DNA from: Raillietiella orientalis
Taxonomy: Eukaryota
Length of the DNA stretch: 64,000 nucleotides
Reading direction: 5' to 3'
Assembly (NCBI GenBank): GCA_036172245.1
Contig: JAYWIR010000012.1
Span: forward strand, 372,001-436,000
The stretch's first letter is position 1. The number at the start of each line of letters is the position of its first letter. A program made the translations under genes and the position numbers. Of this stretch, positions 11,975 to 23,990 are shown piece after piece. Under the pieces are notes generated by a model. That model was not told the origin of the DNA, did no database searches, and worked only from the letters and a program-made list of their open reading frames with translations.

Positions 11975-13220
11975 GGGGAAGGCGTGCAGCAGTGATCAGG
12001 GTGTCCTCGCTCCTGCTTTTGGAGTCCACCGCTGACCACGCCATGTTCCCGTCAGGACTTCTCCACGCCCCCGCGCACGTTGCGGCTTGCTGGGCATTAA
12101 GACCCTCCTTTCGGAGGGTGTCCTCCCTGCGAACGGTAGCACCTGACTACAGGAAACAGTTCACACGTGGGCGAGGAGCCAGGAGAAACGCACGGAACAG
12201 GTGCGCCGTTTCCTGTTCGTGCGCAACAGCCGCTGCGCGCTCCAAGGGATCCTGGGGGATCTCGGAAGAAGCACATGGGCAGGAAGAACCTCCTTATTGT
12301 AGCGCTGCCCTCCCTCAGGAAACAGCTGAGCAGCAGCATTGCGGCGAAATGGGAAGTTAAGGTGACCACCTCTGGAAAGTAGAAAGGACTAGGTGAGTGG
12401 AAGACCGGTCCGCTCAACGACGCTTCGACCCTGAGCACACCACCCCATGGACTCTTGGGCTGGGGGGAGCTACTGGATGTTCCGCTGGAACACCTGAAGT
12501 GGTCCCAGTGCTCAAGGACACCCGTACCCTCCCCCTGAAGTGGCAGGAGTCGGCACTGTTGGTGCTGCACTAGGGTGCTGACCCTTGCAATGCCCGCCGT
12601 CATCACTTGACGCGGGTGTGTGTGGACCCCAACTGTGTCAAGTGCGGGGAGCATGAATCCTTCCCCCACTTGCTAGTGAACTGTGTTGCCCTCCGGCCCC
12701 TCTGGGAGTGCTTTGGCGCAGCCCTGGGAACCCGCGGAGACAACTCCAGGCTTTCAAACCCCTCTTCGTTCGCGACGCCCTTATGCCAGCGGCCTCGTTG
12801 GCAGCCCTGTGCTGTCCACGCGGGATCGTCGCTGCATGGAGCAAAGCAACAGGAGGACCCAGCGATAGGGATGACGTCCACTTCGCCGTCCTCTCCGTCA
12901 GGATGGCAACGCGATGGCCCCACCTGGACAGGAATATCCAGCAAGATCTTGCCGGTATCCCACTGAAGATGGACAGGACCTCCACCTGCAGAACGTGATG
13001 CCTTCCCATACCCCCCAAAGTGTATTTATTTTAATTTTGTTTTCTTTTTTTTCTTTTTGTTTGCCCTTCCCCTCTGCTGCCGTGGTAGACCACACCTGTA
13101 TGCGAACCGGTGACTCGGCAGGCTTCCGTTAAATTGCACGTGGTTGGACCATCGGTACAGCCACAGTTCTTGTAATATGTTTATTCTTGAAATAAGCACC
13201 CCGGCGCACCCGGATGGAAA
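11975..13220 (+). mobile_element. 5'-truncated L1/Tx1-like LINE (copy B)
   Basis: CVKCGEHESFPHLLVNCVALRPLW zinc finger (zf-RVT-like), DDVHFAVLSVRMATRWPHL, T-rich tract and terminal aaataagcaccccggcgcacccggatggaaa. Confidence 0.85.
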
Positions 13221-13329
13221 TCGAAGGGTGTTCCTGAGAAAAAGAAAAAGGAAGAAAACTACACCTTTTTCCACCAGTGCGCGAACACGCGAAGTCTGGA
13301 ACACGCGACTGGGGAGAGTCTCAAGAGGT

Positions 13330-13800
13330 TGAAATGTGAAACCGAGACGAGACAGGCTACTCTGTGTTTAAGGGACACGAAGGGCGACCACCCCTCTCCT
13401 TTGCACACCTGTAGTGTGTTCGGGCTCGCGGTATCAGCTCTAAGTCTCCTAGAAATGTTGGACCTATCTGGATGCGGTGGGGCTGAGGTTTTCAATCCGA
13501 ACCTTGTCGTCCGGCGTCTCGAAGATTATCCTGCCAAGAGACCGTTACCCCGTGTCCCCCATACATCATGCGTGGCATCCTCTGAGCACTTCCCTCTGTA
13601 AGGAAAGAAGCACTCGGTCCAGAATAAACATCCAATAGGAGGAAGGCAGAGCAACTGTTCCTTCACTACAGAGAGGGGGAAGGCACTGTGGGACCGAAAT
13701 AGAGCTGAATGGGTGGCCCAGTTGCCAAGTTAAGGAAGCCTGGAGACGAAATTGGGGTTCCCTTCAGAGAGTAATCTGAGATGAGTTTTCAGATTGACCT
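13330..13800 (+). mobile_element. Decayed RTE-like LINE reverse transcriptase remnant
   Basis: RDTKGDHPSPLH (G.RQGD.LSP.LF), then IELNG.P...VKE and KLGFPSESNL (KYLGV...L.W) in order. Confidence 0.5.
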
Positions 13801-14499
13801 GGATCCATCCAGCTTCGGCTGGACAGATCGTTTCGGCGAGGGGCCGGTCCGCAACGGATGCTCAATAGGGAGGATGCTTGGCCGAGAGTTCGACTGTCTC
13901 CCCGCCTCTGTGCTCCCACTTCGACTACGCCAGGGGAGGAGGTTGCATCGTCTCGCGCGTTCCGATCGCAATGGTCCCGCGAAAGATATGTGGTCCATCA
14001 GGTGGTCCCGGAGGCTGTGTCGGACGCGTTGAGACGACACCACCGAGCTGATTCGCACAGGAATCCCCAGCTCTTGAAGACTCCCGGGATGCTAGGGGAC
14101 GCGCAGCGGTCTGGCGGCGAGCTGGTTCTCGGCTTACGAGGTCCGCACCTCTCGATGACTGGAGCGCAAGAGAATCAGAAGCCGCCAGGACGTTCCTTTC
14201 TGAGCCGATTCGAGGCACCAGAGGGACCCGGTGCTCCAGGATGAGTAGTGGACTTAGTCGACGTCTGAGGGTCTGAGGGCTGAACGGCACGCGAGAAGGC
14301 GATGCGACAAAGAGCTCCGCCGAGAAAGAGCAACCAGCACGGTCACAGCGGCCAGAGGGAGGAAGAAAGGCCAATGAAGGGATTACCAGAGAAACGTCGA
14401 GTCTCAAGGAGGTTAAAGCTGATGCGCCCATAAAGCTTCAGGAAGAAAATGGATCAGGGATGAAGGGGGACTCCTTGACTGTCCCTCCAGTCACTTGGG

Positions 14500-15350
14500 G
14501 ATTCCACCGTTGTTCACGATGCTAAGGTCCGCGAAAGACCCGCTGGACGATGTCCGATATCCATCGAGGCTTGCTCAAGAGCCAGAGACAGCTCACTCGG
14601 GAGGACGGCGACGAGATGTGGGCTCTATAGCTGGGGAGATGGACTTTCTTCGGCGTTCGGTGCGCGACGGCACGAGACCTCGGTATCCGGATCCACAGTC
14701 CCGCGTGCGAAATTCTGGAGCACGCGGGACGCAGGGTGTTTCCCGACAGCGGAGCAAGAAGCTTCCGAACGTCCTATCGGTCCGTTCCCAGACCTGGGAA
14801 CCTATTCCTTCGCGCGGCGGCAGCGTTCAACATGGACCGGGCACCTCTACCTTCATCATCGGGAAAGAATGGCTAGTCCCTTCCAACTTTTTCCCCACGC
14901 TCATCTTCTCAGTCCGTCATCGTCTCATTCGGGGCATTTCTTGCAGAGGAACGGAACAGCTTGGAGCTCGTTGCTCTCTTTCTGTCGGAAGAAGTTCTGC
15001 TGGATGCCCTTCTTGCTCAAATGGCGAGACGAATGTGGATCGTTGCTAGGATGAATTTTCATCATCGTCTAGCAGGTATTTGCGTCCGATTCATCAGACT
15101 CCAGGTGCCAAACAGGGAGCGCGCACGACGTCCAGCTTCCGGAGTACTCTTGGGCTCCAGGTTTTCGGACCGAACGCTGTCGGCGAGGGATTTCGACCTG
15201 CCATTCGACCAAAAGCGGTCGACCTGCCTGTTCGACCTCATTTGAATCCCGGTTGCTTCCAGACCCCGCATCAGGAAATTTCGGGGCAGCATCAGGAATT
15301 TTTGGGGACTCTATCTTCGATCCGGGAAGGTGCTGCGAAGGAAGCGGAAG
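14500..15350 (+). mobile_element. Decayed non-LTR reverse transcriptase remnant
   Basis: KDPLDDVRYP (DP.D..NYRP), FSVRHRLI and LELVALFLS (V.H..L / L..I..FLS). Weak and frameshifted. Confidence 0.3.
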
Positions 15351-15570
15351 AATCGAGGAGGGAGAGTGGGGCAGGTCATGACGCATCGCAAGGAACATGG
15401 TCACCGTCTACCTTCCCCTGCACCTTTCCCTGTGGTGCAAGCTGTCTGTCAGAGACCCCGATCAGATCGCAGTCGCTGTCGCGGCTTCGAGTCCGCCGGG
15501 TTGCTTAATCTCCTTTGGACGGTCCCATCCTAGTTCTCTGTGCCTTTTCACTGCGATTGTCACCGTCCCC

Positions 15571-15845
15571 TGGGGTTTTTTTTTCAGAAGAGGAAACAAA
15601 GAAGGAGAGGTTCCCTTTCGGAGTTCCCTCTGGAGACAACCAAGGCGAGGGTTCTCTTCAAGGTTTCCTTCCGAGACAACCAGCGGGACGGTTCCCTTTG
15701 GGATCCCCTCCCGAGAGTATGAGAATGGACTACGTTCTTCGAAGCCTTCCTGCTTTCCTAGAGTGGTCCCTCTGGGTTTGCCCTTGACTTGAAGTGCCAA
15801 CACGCACCTTCCGTTGGCGTGGCACATCGTTAAAGAGCTTTGTGT
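15571..15845 (+). mobile_element. SINE-like element 3' half
   Basis: ggttccctttcggagttccctctggagacaacc...gtggtccctctggg...acttgaagtgccaacacgcacc...cgttaaagag. Close to the 11405-11645 copy. Confidence 0.8.
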
Positions 15846-17479
15846 CGAGCAGATCACTCCACCGTAAGAGTCCTTTTGTCCAGAAAGCATAGCGGTTTCG
15901 GAGGAGGTTGAGGAACGCTCTTCTCGCATAGCGCGCCTCTTGCGCATGCGCCCGGCGGGCGTCGTGCATACGGACTGCACGTTGGGGCTACGCCGCACAA
16001 GCGAGCCTGCGACCGGAGAATTTTCGGATTTCCGCTCTGTCAGACGGGAACCCTGAGGGACACGACCGCCAATCGCCGCCGACCGGACCTCCTTTCCATT
16101 AGGCCGCTTCCTAAAGGAAGAGGGTCGTCGCCTTTCAGAGTGGAGGCGAATTCCTTCCTCGCCTTGTGGTTCGTTCCGGAACTTTGTGGCATTCCGTTCA
16201 TGACCCGCAAGCGGGGGCCAGGGGCCACTGTTAAGAAAGGTTGGCGAAGAGCGCACGCTATAGGACCCACCACTGCTGCCCGTTCGACTGAAGAGGATCG
16301 GCAGCCCCTTGACGAGTACCTGGAATCCGATCGGGCCGAAACTGTGAAGCTCTCACGAAAGGCGACTTCCGCTGAGATTCGCTGCCGGGCCGACCTCCAG
16401 GAAACGAAGTCTTCGCTCTGCTGAAATCCAAGGGTGCCCAGAGGGATGACAAGATCTCGGACGGGTGTATCACGAGCACGTGAAGATGAGGTGTGCGAGG
16501 TTTGAGGCTGGAACCTCTGGAAGGATCCATCGTGAAAGAAGACCAGACGGTCCAGATGTGGAATACACTGCTCTCCATCTCAACGAGTTTGCACCTTGGA
16601 AGCTGAGGGTGAAGTGAACTCTCCCATCTATCTTCCAGGGAGGTGACGGTCCCGGTTCCTCCGCATGCTTGTCCCCTTTGCGGGGAGCCATGCTTACTCG
16701 ACGGGGGGCCACAGGGAAGAGCGATCGGAATGTCCATCGTCCGCGGGGTCAGCATGATGCTTCTGAGACGGGCTCCAGAAGCGAAAGAGCTCCTCATTCG
16801 AGGAGACCGGATGTGGATTTTGAAAGGATCCTGGCTGTCTGGAATGCGGTTCGCAAGGGAAAGCGAGGAAGAAACAAAGTTGGATGGACGGAGAGAACGC
16901 AGTAAGACGACGGCGTCATCTTCGAGGGAGGCGGATCAGGCCAACCGTTCACCTGCCGGTTGGTAAGGTGATGACAGCACCTTCAAGATGTCTGAAGAGG
17001 GTGACTATAGAGCTGAAAGGTTTCGGTGGGAAACCGGGAGCGTACTGGAGATGGAAACATCACCAGTCGAGGTCACCAGTCTGTGATACGGGACCTCCGT
17101 GCTTCTTCGCCAAACTTCCCCTCCGGCGCTTTCCTCTGCTGCGCTGAATGCTTGGCGTGGTTCGTTTCCTTCGAATTTCCCCATGCCAGAGCCTTGAATT
17201 CGAGCCACGTCTTCCGCACGCACAAGAAGTGGCTACACTCTTCATCTTTTCTCCTTCTTACGCTCTTGCGGTCTGCGCGTGCTTCTTCACTGACATCAGT
17301 CACTTCACTGATGTCATTCCTTCTTTTTGCTGAACATAAGGAGGAAGGAAGGAAAATCCCTGCAGGGGCCACTCTGTCGAACTCTGTCGAAGTGCCGACG
17401 GACATTTGTCGGACTCTTGCCACACCGCCGGTTTTCCATATGGTGATTCCGAATGACGGAGGTCCACTCTGAAGATTAA

Positions 17480-18651
17480 GAGAAAAACGCCGGGAGGGAA
17501 GGAACGCTGTGATGACCAGCCTGATTGGCCTCCACGCCTTCCTCGCCACGGACGAACGAGGCGGCTTCTTTGGACGTTCCTGCCGCGCTTGGTGACGGCA
17601 GCTCAAAAGTTGCGACTCTCGCCGTCGGCCCCGGATTTTTCACAAACCGACAGACATCCGGCGCAGGAAATGCGGAACCGCGCTCTGTTCATCCATTCGT
17701 CCAGCAACTCGCGGAATAGGCTTCGGGCTTCGTGCACCCTTCTTGCTCCAATGCTACCCTCCCTTGGGGAAGAAAAGGACAGCGTCTCCCCAGCAAGGTG
17801 GAATTGAAGCCGATAAGAAACTGCTGGGGTGCGTGGACAACTCGGGAGGTCACGGACGCTGCGACCCCGAGTGTCCCGCCCAAAGGACTTCCACGCCAGG
17901 GGCCAGCTACTCGGAATCCCTCTGGAGGATGTGAAGTGGCCCCCAGCGTGCTAGAACAGCGATCCCTCCCCCACTCAAGTGACGGAAGTTGGCACTTCCA
18001 GTGTCGCATGGGGAATCCCATGGAAAACGCGCCTTCACCACAGGGAAGTGACGATGCCAATTCGAAAGATGCGGGAAGAAGGAGACCCTCCCTCACCTGC
18101 TTCTGGACTGTGTTGCCCTCCGACCCTTTTGGGATCGCCTCGCGGCGACCTAGGATTCCCGGTGGTGGGCGGCTCCAGGGACGTTTTCAGACGCTTCTTC
18201 GCGCGTCCCTCGCAGTTCTCTGCTGCCCGCTCGCGGTATGGTGGAGGCCTGGAACGCAGCAAGAAAAGGCTGGGAAGAGGCAGAGACGCCATCCGCTGGG
18301 CGCGAATCTTCTTGAAGATCTCCTCGAGATGGTTCCACTTCGGCGATATACGGACAGAACTTGCCAGCATCCTGGACAGGATGCAGAGGACGCCGGGCAG
18401 CGAACTGTGGTCCCTTTATCTGTCCCTCCTCCCTTTCCCGTGTAAAACTTTCCCTCTCCTGTTTTGTTTGTTTATTTTTTGCTTTTCTTCTTCCCTCCCC
18501 CACGCTGCCCGAGAGGACCTCGCCGGACTGCGTATCGGTTTTTGGCAAGTGTTTCTTGCGTGGTAGAACCACGTGTTCTACCACAGAAATGTAATTAACC
18601 ACTTCTATTATAAACTTTTATAATGAATGCCCGGTGAGTCCGAGTGACAAA
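17480..18651 (+). mobile_element. 5'-truncated L1/Tx1-like LINE (copy D)
   Basis: FRRFFAR...RWFHFGDIRTELASILDRMQR, T-rich tract and terminal aatgaatgcccggtgagtccgagtgacaaa. The upstream part is homologous to copies A and B. Confidence 0.8.
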
Positions 18652-19186
18652 CCTCCTCCTGAAGAAGGGTCGATGCCGAAGGATGGGTGCGTCGTGGGAA
18701 TGGAGCTGGTTGACCTTGCTTGGCTTCGGGTGCGGCATTGGCAGAAGCTGGAAAGCGGGTGGCCTGCTGTGTGGTTCCTTGGCTCCTGGAAGGAGGGTCA
18801 ACTCTTTGGGTTCTTCCAGGACATCAAGGAGTCCTTCGGTATCCCCGTCCCGCTGTGAAAAGGGAGCCGTCCTCTCCCCTCAGGGGGTGAATCTCCATCG
18901 CGTATCATGAAGCTGGCTGATGCTTCCCCCGGGGGTCGCCTCTCCAGAGTGCAAGAAACGCGCTGCTCTTTTCGGGCAACGCCCTCCAAAGGAAACTCGG
19001 AAGCGTCCCTTCGGGGCTCTCTCGGGAAGAGTGAAAAGGAGCGGATTTTTTCCAGGAGATCCTTCCGGAGAAGACATGAGTGCCCCGCTCCATAGGGTCC
19101 ATCTGGAGAGGAAGGTAAGAGATGGAGGAGCTGACTCCTGGGGAGAGAATAAGGGAGTGGATCCTTTCGGAGTTTCCCTACCGAGC
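18652..19186 (+). mobile_element. SINE-like element lacking its tRNA head, left part
   Basis: gaagggtcgatgccga...cgggtgcggcattgg...ttccaggacatcaaggag...cgcctctccagagtgcaagaa...gggagagaataagg. Interrupted by LINE copy E. Confidence 0.8.
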
Positions 19187-19644
19187 TCTTCGTGCGCTAT
19201 GTCCTTTCGCCTACCGCATCCCCAGCAGCTCTTTGCTGCTGCCTACGCGGGGTTGTGGCGGCCTAAAGCTACCCGAGAGGAGGACGGCGCGATAGGGACG
19301 TTATCTGATTCGCCCTGCGCTTCCTGCGACGGCAGTTAGATAGCCCCACTGGGACATACTCGGATAGAACTTGCCAGCATTCTGGAAAGGATGCAGAGGA
19401 CGCCCTCCAGCGGACAGCGATCCCTTTCTGTGGCCCCAGAGTTTTCTTTTTTTACTATTTATTTTTATTTATTTTTGTTTTTTTTCTTTTTGCCCTTCCC
19501 CTACCGCTGCCGAAGCGAACCTGGACGGCCTGCGTGCCAGTTACTCGGTAGTTTTCGAACATTCTCGGACAATGTAGGACCGATGACCCTATACATGTAT
19601 GTTTATTTTTTATAATAAATGCCCCGAAGTGACAGGGTGATAAA
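19187..19644 (+). mobile_element. Short 5'-truncated L1/Tx1-like LINE (copy E) inserted into a SINE
   Basis: gaacttgccagcattctggaaaggatgcagaggacgcc, T-rich tract and aataaatgcccc...gggtgataaa. Flanked by the exact 10-bp direct repeat cctaccgagc (19177-19186 and 19645-19654). Confidence 0.85.
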
Positions 19645-19885
19645 CCTACCGAGCGTAACAGGGACGTACTCTACTTTCTCCGGGATCTTTCTGGATTCGT
19701 AGTGTGGTCCCTCCGGGTTCACTCCCTAACTGGAAGCCCCCGTGAGGGCCACTCTTTAAGGAAACCCCACCCGGGCGGAGTGGACAGAGTTAAAGAGTTT
19801 TGTGATCCCCTGCCCCTAGGGCAACGAACGGCTCTTCCCCATGAGAAGGGAAGCAGCGAAACAGAGGAACCCCGAGGGGATTTGC
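19645..19885 (+). mobile_element. SINE-like element, right part resuming after LINE copy E
   Basis: ttctggattcgtagtgtggtccctccggg...ccacccgggcggagtggacagagttaaagag...cagcgaaacagaggaac. The tail also matches the 27850-28140 copy. Confidence 0.8.
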
Positions 19886-20249
19886 ATCATCTTGGGTTCG
19901 ACCCAACCTGCGATGGGGCGGGCTAGGGAACGCTGCTTCTTCTGGGACCACGAGTTTCGCTGGCCGCAGCGACGACTTCGGCTCGAGAAGGAGGTTGCCC
20001 CTCGGCGGGGTTCGAGGAATGGAGTAGAACCGCCGCCCATCAGGGGGTCGCTGGCCTTCGCAGACTTGCGGACCGCTGCGGTTTCCTCGTCCGGGTTCGC
20101 AGCGTGGCTTGGCCTACCAGCTGCTCCGGAGTCCACTTCTGGAAGCCTGCTGCGAGCGTGGAGGCCTGATAGGAAAAGGGGGCGACCCACCTCATCCTCG
20201 CCAAGGGTGCGTCCACGCAGCGGACTCAGGAAGGATGCGTCCTTCGGGA

Positions 20250-20900
20250 GCGCTCTGGGTCCATTGGTGCTTCCTCCGTGGCAGCTGCTTGAAAGAGCGG
20301 CCGTTCGGCGGGGCGTTTCAGTGGCGGATCGCTTTGGGGTACTTCGATACCAAACCCTTGAGGCCAACCACGCGCCCTGGCAGCTTCCGGACTGGAAGAC
20401 GCAGGTGTGCGTTTCGCTGCCCCGGGACCGGTGCGAGTACATGGAAGTGGACATCATCTTGTCGCATCAGGGCTCCTTGAGGTGGGCTCATAGCCTCACA
20501 GTCGGCTTCCCCAAAATTCATCCCCTCTTCTCCTGTCCTTCGATTGGATCCGGGAGGCAAAAGGAACTGGACGAAGAAAGGGAAGGAGGCAGCCACCTTG
20601 GCTGCTGTGCCTTCTTACCGCACCCTCGACTCCCGGATCGCCCCGATGAGTGGTGCCGCAGTCAGCTGGGCGTCTCCAGCCCCCCGCATCGAGGAACGGA
20701 CCGCGGCGGGCGATGCCTCCCGGCGGTGCGCTCCCGCAGCCCCTTTGGGCGGGGCCTGCTGCCTCCGGACGATGCCTCCTTTCCTGGGGCAGTGGTGCCC
20801 TGGGACAGCGAGGTCAGAGAGATGACGAGCAGCAGCACCGCTGCGTGGACGGCCTTGCTCGTTCCGGAAGTTGGCCTGCTGCTCCCGGTCCTCGCGCCTG
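20250..20900 (-). mobile_element. Highly decayed L1/Tx1-like LINE 3' region
   Basis: Minus-strand RCGGLET and RQDDVHFHVL...RNAHL...KLPGRV parallel copy B (DDVHFAVL...RWPHL). Confidence 0.4.
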
Positions 20901-21254
20901 CAGCAACGTTTCCCGGGGCAAGTCGGTAAGCGAGCGACCACGGGGGGAGAGGGGGAGGGGGGGACGGAGTGGAACTTCGCCCACGACTTTCGCTTTTATT
21001 CGCAAGAAGGAGTAGAGATGATAAAGAAACCCCGACTGGAAAGGAGGAGGAAGGGCAGAAAAGAGGAGGAAGAGCTTTTCGGTCTTTTGGCTAAGGTCAA
21101 AGTGTACAACTGTGCAGAGATGGCTGGGGCGTTTTTTTTTTTTTTTCTGGGGGCGTTTTCGTGGGCACGTAGCTGCCTGTGTTTCCTCCGGAGGTTTCCT
21201 TCTTGACCACACTTCTCAGGGTGGAGAGGGAAAGTTCTGCATTGCGCGGTCGTG

Positions 21255-21660
21255 GAGATGTGAAGAGGAGGAAGGCAAAGAGCAGGAAGGGTGAGGGAGG
21301 AAAAGGAGGAGGGGGAAGGAAGGAAGAAAGGAAGAAACAGGAGAAGTCTGGCCTCTCTTCTCCTTCATGAGGTGAGCTGCCTCCATACCGAGGATGCAGC
21401 AGAAGCTGCCCTGCGTGGCTGTGGGAGAGACAGAGGGGATTCCTGCGAATGGCAGACGAACGGTGTCGCAGTCTGCAAGGAGGCTGGGAATTGATTCTTC
21501 TGGCTTCCCGCCCCTCTCGCCTCGCATGACTCGCAGTGATTTTCGTACGAAGCATGTAAGAAGGAGAAGGAAGGGAAGAGAAAAAGGGAGGAAGAGAGGA
21601 AGAGGAGGAGGAACAGAGGAGAATGAAGGGAGGAGAAAGGGAGAAGGAGGAAACAAAAGC
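21255..21660. repeat. Purine-rich (GAG/GGAA/GAA) low-complexity tracts
   Basis: Two GA-rich blocks, about 21255-21345 and 21555-21660. Confidence 0.85.
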
Positions 21661-21704
21661 GGCTTCGTCTCGGGACGGACGCTTCCCGACGCCAGAGGTT
21701 CCCT

Positions 21705-22320
21705 TTCCGACGGACCACTCTGTGAATCCAGGAAGATCCCGCTTAGGAGGGAACCCCGAAGGGAACCTCTTCCTTATTCTCTCCGGAAATACCTCCTGGA
21801 GGGGAGGAGAACTCCTCGTTTATTCTCCGAAGGGAACCCAGAAAGGATCTGTTCCTGGAATTTCTTATCCAGGGGGAACCTGCAAGGGAACCACTCTTTG
21901 TTCCTGGTCCCCTGAAGAGAAACCCGAAGGCACGCTTCCCAATTTTTCTGAAGGGCGCTCCCCGAAAGGGGCAGCGCGGTTCTTGCACTATGGAGAGGCG
22001 ACCTCCTAAGAAGGGTACCAACCAGCTCCATGGTAACGGCTCCATTTTCACAACCGAAGGGAAACCCTGAAGGGCTCCTTGATTCCTGGAAGGACTTCGG
22101 AGGGTCGACTTTCAAGGCCAGCCACTCAATGGGGGCACCTGCCTTCCGTCAGTGCCGCACATGAAGCCAACAGAGGCCAACCAGCGTCCTCTTGCGGGAG
22201 AAACTCCAACTCAGACTCATGCCCAGTTCTCGGAGTCTCCCTTTCCCTCCCCTGGTGGGATTCGAACCCGCAACGAGAGGAGGGTCCAGTCGGCGCTATG
22301 TAACTACGTTGGAGGCCGTG
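21705..22320 (-). mobile_element. Near full-length tRNA-headed SINE-like element (copy 4)
   Basis: B-box (ggattcgaacc on + at 22258-22268). Reverse complement contains cccgcaagaggacgctggttggcct, gtccttccaggaatcaaggag, accatggagctggttggtac and gagagaataaggaagaggttcccttcgggg. Confidence 0.9.
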
Positions 22321-23369
22321 CGGACGCCGGGGTCCCCGCATGTGGCGCCAAGCGGTCGAGGGTCCGTTAGGAGTGAAGGATATCTCCGCGACAGGTCATG
22401 GGCGGGAGGTGGGACCTGCCCCAGCCCACCTCTCACTCCTCGCGGGCGGCGTTCCCGCGCGTTCGGGTCGAAGGGGGATGCGTGCCCTTCGCAGGTCTTT
22501 ACTCCCCGGACCTTCTCCCAAGTACGCCTTCCGCTTCGCTCCTTCCTACAGGGTCAGCTGCCTGCTCCGGCCCCAGGAAAGGGTTCCGACGTCGAAAGGT
22601 TCGTCGCGATCACGTGATTCCTCGTCTCTCCCTTTCCTTCTCCCCCCTCCTTCCCCTTCCTATGTGTTCTCCCCTCGGGAAGTCCCAGGAGAGCGGCCGA
22701 CGCCAATGTGTGCGGTTCTTCCCGACGTCTCCGTCGCCGCTGCGCGCAGTCGAAGTACAGACGGCGACCGAACGACCTCTCGGCGGCCACCCTTCCACTA
22801 CCCTCGCTTCCGGTGGCCGGAAAGCGGAGGGAGAGGGGGCAAGGAAACCGAGAGGCCGGCGGGGACCGCTTCCCAGGAAGAAGAGCAAGTTGACGGGGAG
22901 TCGGCGGCGGTGCCGCCCGCGGATCCTCCGATGAAGCCGATCCTTCCCGAGCGAGCGAGGCCGCCGCCGCTGGCAGCGCGCGAATCCGCTTCCGGGGGCC
23001 TCCGCCCCGCGCCGCCGCCTCGCAGCCACCGCAGCGAAAGTAAACAAACCGCGGGGGATGCGCGGGGCGCGTCCGATTCGAAGCGCTCCGCCGCCGCCGC
23101 CGAAAGGCGACGTGACGCAAGCGCGCGCTCTCGAGCGAGACCGAGCGGGAGAGAGGAGCCGCAGCAGCTCCACGGACGGACGGCGGCTCCCTCGAATCTC
23201 CTGCGGTGCTCCGCAGACGACCGCCGTGGTTCAGCCGACGGAAAGAAGTTCTGGACCGCTGGCGCCGTAGGAGGCTCGCGGGAGCAGATGGGCGCAGCGC
23301 GGGCGAGGAAAAAAAGGGGGGGGGGGAAACGGGGAAACGTGTGCGCTGGTCAGCGTGCGAGGAACCCTC

Positions 23370-23990
23370 GCCGGCGGCCATGCGGTTGCAGCCTCTGCTC
23401 GACACCAATCGCTGCGGGTTCGAATCCCGCCCGCCCGGGGAAGGATCGACACCGAGAACAGGGGATGCGAAGCGGGTTTAGAGTCCCCTTGCGAGATGAC
23501 GTTGGCTGGCCTCGGATGCAGCTACTGGTGGAAGCAGTCGGGTGTCCCCGTTGGCCGACCAGGATCGAAAGTCGGCCCTCCGGGCTCCTTTCAGAAATCA
23601 AAGAGACGGTTTCCTTCGGGATTCCCCTCCGACTGTGAAGATGGAGCTCTTACCATGGAGGTGGTTGGTACATCCCTCGGGAGATGGCCTCTCCAGGGTG
23701 TAAAAAGAGTGCTGCTCCCTTCGAAGAGAGTCCTTCAAGGAAATTGGGAAAAGGACCTGGAACAAGGAGCTGCTCCCTTGCGAGTTCCCTCCGGAGAAGA
23801 AACGAGGAATTCCTCCCCCACTCTAGGGAGAGAATAAGGAAGAGGTTCCCTTCGGGGTTTCCTCCCAAGAGGGTCTTCCAGGATTCGCAGGGTGGTCCCT
23901 CCGGGGTCACCACCATAACTTGAAGGGTCACCCTCGGGCAGTGTGGTGAGTGTGAAAGAGCTTCTTCGTAAGCCACTAGGCGAACGTTCT
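23370..23990 (+). mobile_element. Near full-length tRNA-headed SINE-like element (copy 5)
   Basis: Perfect B-box ggttcgaatcc at 23417-23427, with the same core, hairpin modules and tail as copy 4. Confidence 0.9.

Noticed and set aside
19841..20929. 362-aa ORF as a host gene
   Set aside because: Starts in a SINE tail and runs antisense to a decayed LINE C-terminus.
23375..23435. Functional tRNA genes at the GGTTCGAATCC sites (also ~22260, ~58245, ~7145)
   Set aside because: No complete cloverleaf or acceptor stem is evident, and each site continues into the same SINE body.
22340..23638. 432-aa ORF (+), with an overlapping 284-aa ORF (-)
   Set aside because: R/P/A/S-rich GC shadow frames with no domain; the ORF runs into a SINE copy.
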